Below are positions 53,939-57,324 of a stretch of DNA of 57,324 nucleotides, piece by piece; the first letter of the stretch is position 1; the number at the start of each line of letters is the position of its first letter. Both the position numbers and the translations under genes were made by a program. The notes beneath the pieces are model-generated. The model worked only from the letters and a program-made list of their open reading frames with translations, had not been told where the DNA came from and ran no database searches. This stretch comes from an uncultured Nitratiruptor sp. (GTDB taxonomy: Bacteria > Campylobacterota > Campylobacteria > Campylobacterales > Nitratiruptoraceae), in the NCBI GenBank assembly GCA_913056105.1, contig CAJXMB010000001.1, positions 1 to 57,324 of the forward strand. Direction: 5' to 3'.

Positions 53939-55550
53939 TTATAAATTACTTTTTTTAGATTGTAAATATTCTTCTAATTCATTGATAATTTCATTTTTTA
54001 AAGAATCATTAAATTGACTTAAAATAAGAGTTTTTAATGAAGGTTTTTTTCTATTTTGCAAAATATTATTCAAATTTTTATATACAGATTTCCAAAAATC
54101 TAACTCTTCAGTTAAATAACAATTATTTTTTTTATTATTAAAATAATTAGTATCTGCATATCTTGAAGATAAAATATCATGAAATTTAACAATATTTTTA
54201 TTTTCCATTTCTATTAATATTTTTACAAAATTATTAGAATCAATATTATTAAATATTGGCTTTATACTATATTCTCTTAATAAAAAATATTTCAAAAATT
54301 CTTCATCAAATTTTTTTAATGATTCTAAAAACTTTTCTATTAATTGTTGTATTTTGTTCCTTTCTGCTTCTTGGTAAATTAACTTATTCTCTTTTAGAAC
54401 AATTTTAAATATTTCTTGAAAATCTTTATCTTCTTTATTTATATATTCTAAGCCTGTTCTATTAATACTACTATCTTTAATAAAACGACTTTTCCAATTT
54501 TCATTATTGTGATATTTTTTTATACAATTTTCAACCTGACTTTTGATATCCTCTATGGTAAGTTCACATAATTTATTTTTCCTAAAAAAAATGAGCAAGG
54601 CTATTACATGAATAAAGTGTTCGGGAATCTCATATTCGCATTTTTTAAATTTACTAATTACATCCTCTATAATGTTAGCAAATTCTTTATCAGATAATTC
54701 CGTATAATACCATAGTTTTACCCAAGATGATCTTTTATCTTTTTTAAAGAAAATTGTATCGCTAATTAAATTATTTAACTCTTCCTTTGTAATTGAATTA
54801 TCTAAAAGTATTTTAACCCACTCTTTTCCCTCAAATAATAAATATCTTTTGACATCATATTTTTCATATATTTTTTCTATAGCTGTTTTTTCTTTTTTAT
54901 CTAATGAAGACTGATCTTCTTTTTTTAATAATTCTTCTTTAGTTAAATTTCCACTTTTTAATTCTATAGATATTGCAAAAAAAATTTTTATTAAGATAGA
55001 AATAAATTCTTTATTTTTTAAATATTTTTCATCAATTTTTTTTATAAAATACTCAAAATCAAGCAAAATTTGAGCAATATGTCTCAAATTATTATATCTA
55101 GCTTTTCTATAAATATCTTCTATTATTTGAGTATTTTCTTTTAATATTTTTTTTGATATATCTGTTTTCTTTTCTATAAAATAATTTAATACTTCTTTGA
55201 AATCATGTTCTATCTCAAATGTTTTTCCAATAACTTTTTCTTTAAACTCTTTATAAAAACTGCTATCAATTTTTTCTTCATTGGCTACTATTATAACCTT
55301 AAAATTTGATTGTTCTACCAAATAATTGATATACCCTAAAACTTCTTTTAAATTTATCTCTGTTCTCTCTAAATCATCAAAAATAAATACTAATTCCTCT
55401 TTAGATTTTTTATCATCAGAAAAAAAATCTAAAAGTTTAAATTCTTCCTTTAAGTCAATATTTATTTTTCCATCTTTTTTATTATCATTATTTAAATCAA
55501 TGTCTATGTTGAATTTTACTGCACTTTTTAATAAATTACCAACTAATGTT
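53939..55550 (-). pseudogene. KAP family P-loop NTPase, 5'-truncated (Walker A missing)
   Basis: Walker B LVFIFDDLER, LGYINYLVE, KVIIVANEEKI, KEKVIGKT, NNLR typical of KAP NTPases; no GxWGxGK(S/T) before the composition break; very low GC. Confidence 0.75.
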
Positions 55551-56426
55551 AAAAATACAATATCTAATAATACTGTGATTAATACTGGCAATGGAGATGA
55601 GCGGTACTACACAAATGATGCAAATGTGGATAAAACTAATTTAACGGATTATATACATCCAGCAGGCAATGATGGTGTTTTAATTGGAACATACCAGCGC
55701 CATTTTCCAGAAAACCATGTTTTTGGGTACGAGGGAAAGCTGATACATTTTTCTGGAGATGTAAATGCACTGAGTACAGATGCTCCTTACTGGAAAGGCG
55801 CTTCTTGGATTATTCCAAAACCCATTGGTGATACGAGACTGCCCCTAATAAGCTCTAATGCAGATGCAGCTGAAATAATAACAAAATTTATTACCAAAGA
55901 GCTTACTCTCCCAGATGAGTCGTTTAAAGACAATATACAAAGAACCTTTGTATACAGCGGTGGTTACGGTGCCGTTGTGAAGTCTGTGAATCAAGATTTA
56001 GACCCAAATGACAAGAGTATTATAAAAATAATTCTTCCAGACGATGTTGATCCCCCAGAGTTAGAGCTTTTTGGAAGAGATCACCACACCCAGGGTGTTC
56101 TCCAACCAGGATGGTCAGTCAGCACCGCACTGCATAAAAGCGAGAACCCATACACAGAGGAAGATGTATTAAATACGGGATATTATTATAATGTATTGTA
56201 TTTAAGAGGCCCGTATGCAAACGATGTACAGATATATTTATCAGAGATTACACAAGACGGGCACCTTGTCATAAGGGTACGCGTTGACAACCAAGTTATA
56301 TACGAGGGAACTGCAACAAATGCTTTCTATCAGGGATACAATGCTGAGCAGATTCATGCTTTTAATCTACACTACGAACGAAGCTCACTATGTCACTATG
56401 AAGACAACAAACAATTAGATCATTAA
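55551..56426 (+). CDS. 3' portion of an unknown protein from foreign DNA (5' end missing)
   Basis: About 290 open codons with host-atypical codon use (TAC, CAC, GAC); the upstream part of track ORF 55326 is only the antisense of the KAP gene; left boundary approximate. Confidence 0.55.
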   Translation, partial: KNTISNNTVINTGNGDERYYTNDANVDKTNLTDYIHPAGNDGVLIGTYQRHFPENHVFGYEGKLIHFSGDVNALSTDAPYWKGASWIIPKPIGDTRLPLISSNADAAEIITKFITKELTLPDESFKDNIQRTFVYSGGYGAVVKSVNQDLDPNDKSIIKIILPDDVDPPELELFGRDHHTQGVLQPGWSVSTALHKSENPYTEEDVLNTGYYYNVLYLRGPYANDVQIYLSEITQDGHLVIRVRVDNQVIYEGTATNAFYQGYNAEQIHAFNLHYERSSLCHYEDNKQLDH

Positions 56427-56735
56427 CACACAGCAATACAATAAAACCAATAATTAGTAGTTGACTTAAATAGGCGGCTTGCCGAGTAAGTAAAGTAGCC
56501 CATACAATACATATAAAACAAAAACTGCTTTGGTACATAATCTTTACATGTATGTAACTAATTGTACCTAATAGGTATGATACACTATGACTGTAAGAGA
56601 GCTGAACCTGTTACCAATATAAAAGATTAAGGTATTCACCGTATTCACCCCTATCCTCCTAATTCAAAATACACAGTAACAATGCACCAAGCGCACCAAG
56701 CACCAACCAACTCCCTATTAACCCCTTTGTTCGCA

Positions 56736-56782
56736 TTAAATATCCCTATAAGGATAAGGTAGACTCTTATAGGGATATTTAA
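56736..56782. repeat. Perfect 17-bp inverted repeat upstream of parA
   Basis: TTAAATATCCCTATAAG-N13-CTTATAGGGATATTTAA. Confidence 0.85.
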
Positions 56783-56844
56783 CTGTGTATACAAAGAAAA
56801 AAGATAGAAGAAACAGAGCATTAAGTAAAAGGAGGTGAATTAAG

Positions 56845-57324
56845 ATGAAAATGAAACTTATTAGCAAAGACTTACCAGAAACCACAAAAGATAGTATTGT
56901 AGGCAGGAATAGTGTACGGAGGCGCAGGTTAATTCAGAGAAATACCCCACAACTAAAGGATGACATTCACAGACAAAAACCATTTCCTACTAAATCTGCA
57001 CAGGTACTCACTTTTACAAATGTTAAAAGCGGTGTAGGCAAAACATCCATGACACTGCTGATGGCAGAAGCACTAACACAACTGTATAAAAAAACAAGAG
57101 TACTTTTGGTAGATATGGATCCAGACAAGCACCTCACAGCAATTTTAGCACCTAAGATATCCTCAGAAGCCCCCTCATCATACGATGTACTTAAGGCAGT
57201 GTGTGATCCTAAAGAAGCAATATATAAAACATGGATCCCCAATGTGGACATAATTCCAGGAGACTTAAGAATGCAAGATTTAGATACAGAGGAATTTAAA
57301 AAGAACAAATCTGCCACTCAGAAA
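56845..57324 (+). CDS. parA: ParA/Soj family ATPase, runs off the window end (missing from ORF track)
   Basis: Translated by hand: ...VLTFTNVKSGVGKTS...RVLLVDMDP...NVDIIPGD; SD AAAGGAGGTGA at 56828-56838; about 50-aa N-terminal extension. Confidence 0.85.
   Translation, partial: MKMKLISKDLPETTKDSIVGRNSVRRRRLIQRNTPQLKDDIHRQKPFPTKSAQVLTFTNVKSGVGKTSMTLLMAEALTQLYKKTRVLLVDMDPDKHLTAILAPKISSEAPSSYDVLKAVCDPKEAIYKTWIPNVDIIPGDLRMQDLDTEEFKKNKSATQK

Noticed and set aside
55326-55550. N-terminal part of track ORF 55326..56426
   Set aside because: It is the antisense reading of the KAP NTPase gene (S/F/K/I-rich shadow), with no SD.
56967-57317. 116-aa minus-strand ORF
   Set aside because: Antisense shadow of the plus-strand ParA, which has clear motifs and an SD.

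Overview
This is an AT-rich bacterial chromosome segment. Gene content and order (ctpA-purCSQ-SH3-plsC; rpmH-rnpA-yidD-yidC-jag-mnmE; cbpA-hspR; tgt/COG3400-aroB-mscS-mtaB-ftsH-like-bioV-mog) point to Campylobacterota, probably a Nitratiruptor/Nitrosophilus-like lineage (inference). Most of the window is housekeeping. Accessory blocks are hdeD/lpxR/yfdX/TIGR00341, FIST-GGDEF, a LOG-ppsA-gpmA-MBL-gap-pfkA operon, and methyltransferase-DUF434-MBL. Main unexpected signals: (1) a 30-bp GC-rich hairpin element, stop-free in all six frames, inserted in-frame three times inside mtaB and the ftsH-like gene, with a fourth, structurally covarying relative in the metE leader; (2) a Met-rich micro-ORF (MMKMM*) with alternative pairing partners upstream of metE; (3) three HspR HAIR-like operators, one at htpG; (4) two probable non-canonical starts (CTG, ATT); (5) a palindrome-ended remnant with heptamer repeats after hspR; (6) an abrupt junction near 55.55 kb, where a 5'-truncated KAP NTPase abuts higher-GC foreign DNA carrying a 5'-truncated unknown gene, a repeat-rich intergenic region and a ParA gene. 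I saw no rRNA, tRNA or CRISPR array. All family calls are from recognition of motifs and synteny; no searches were run.
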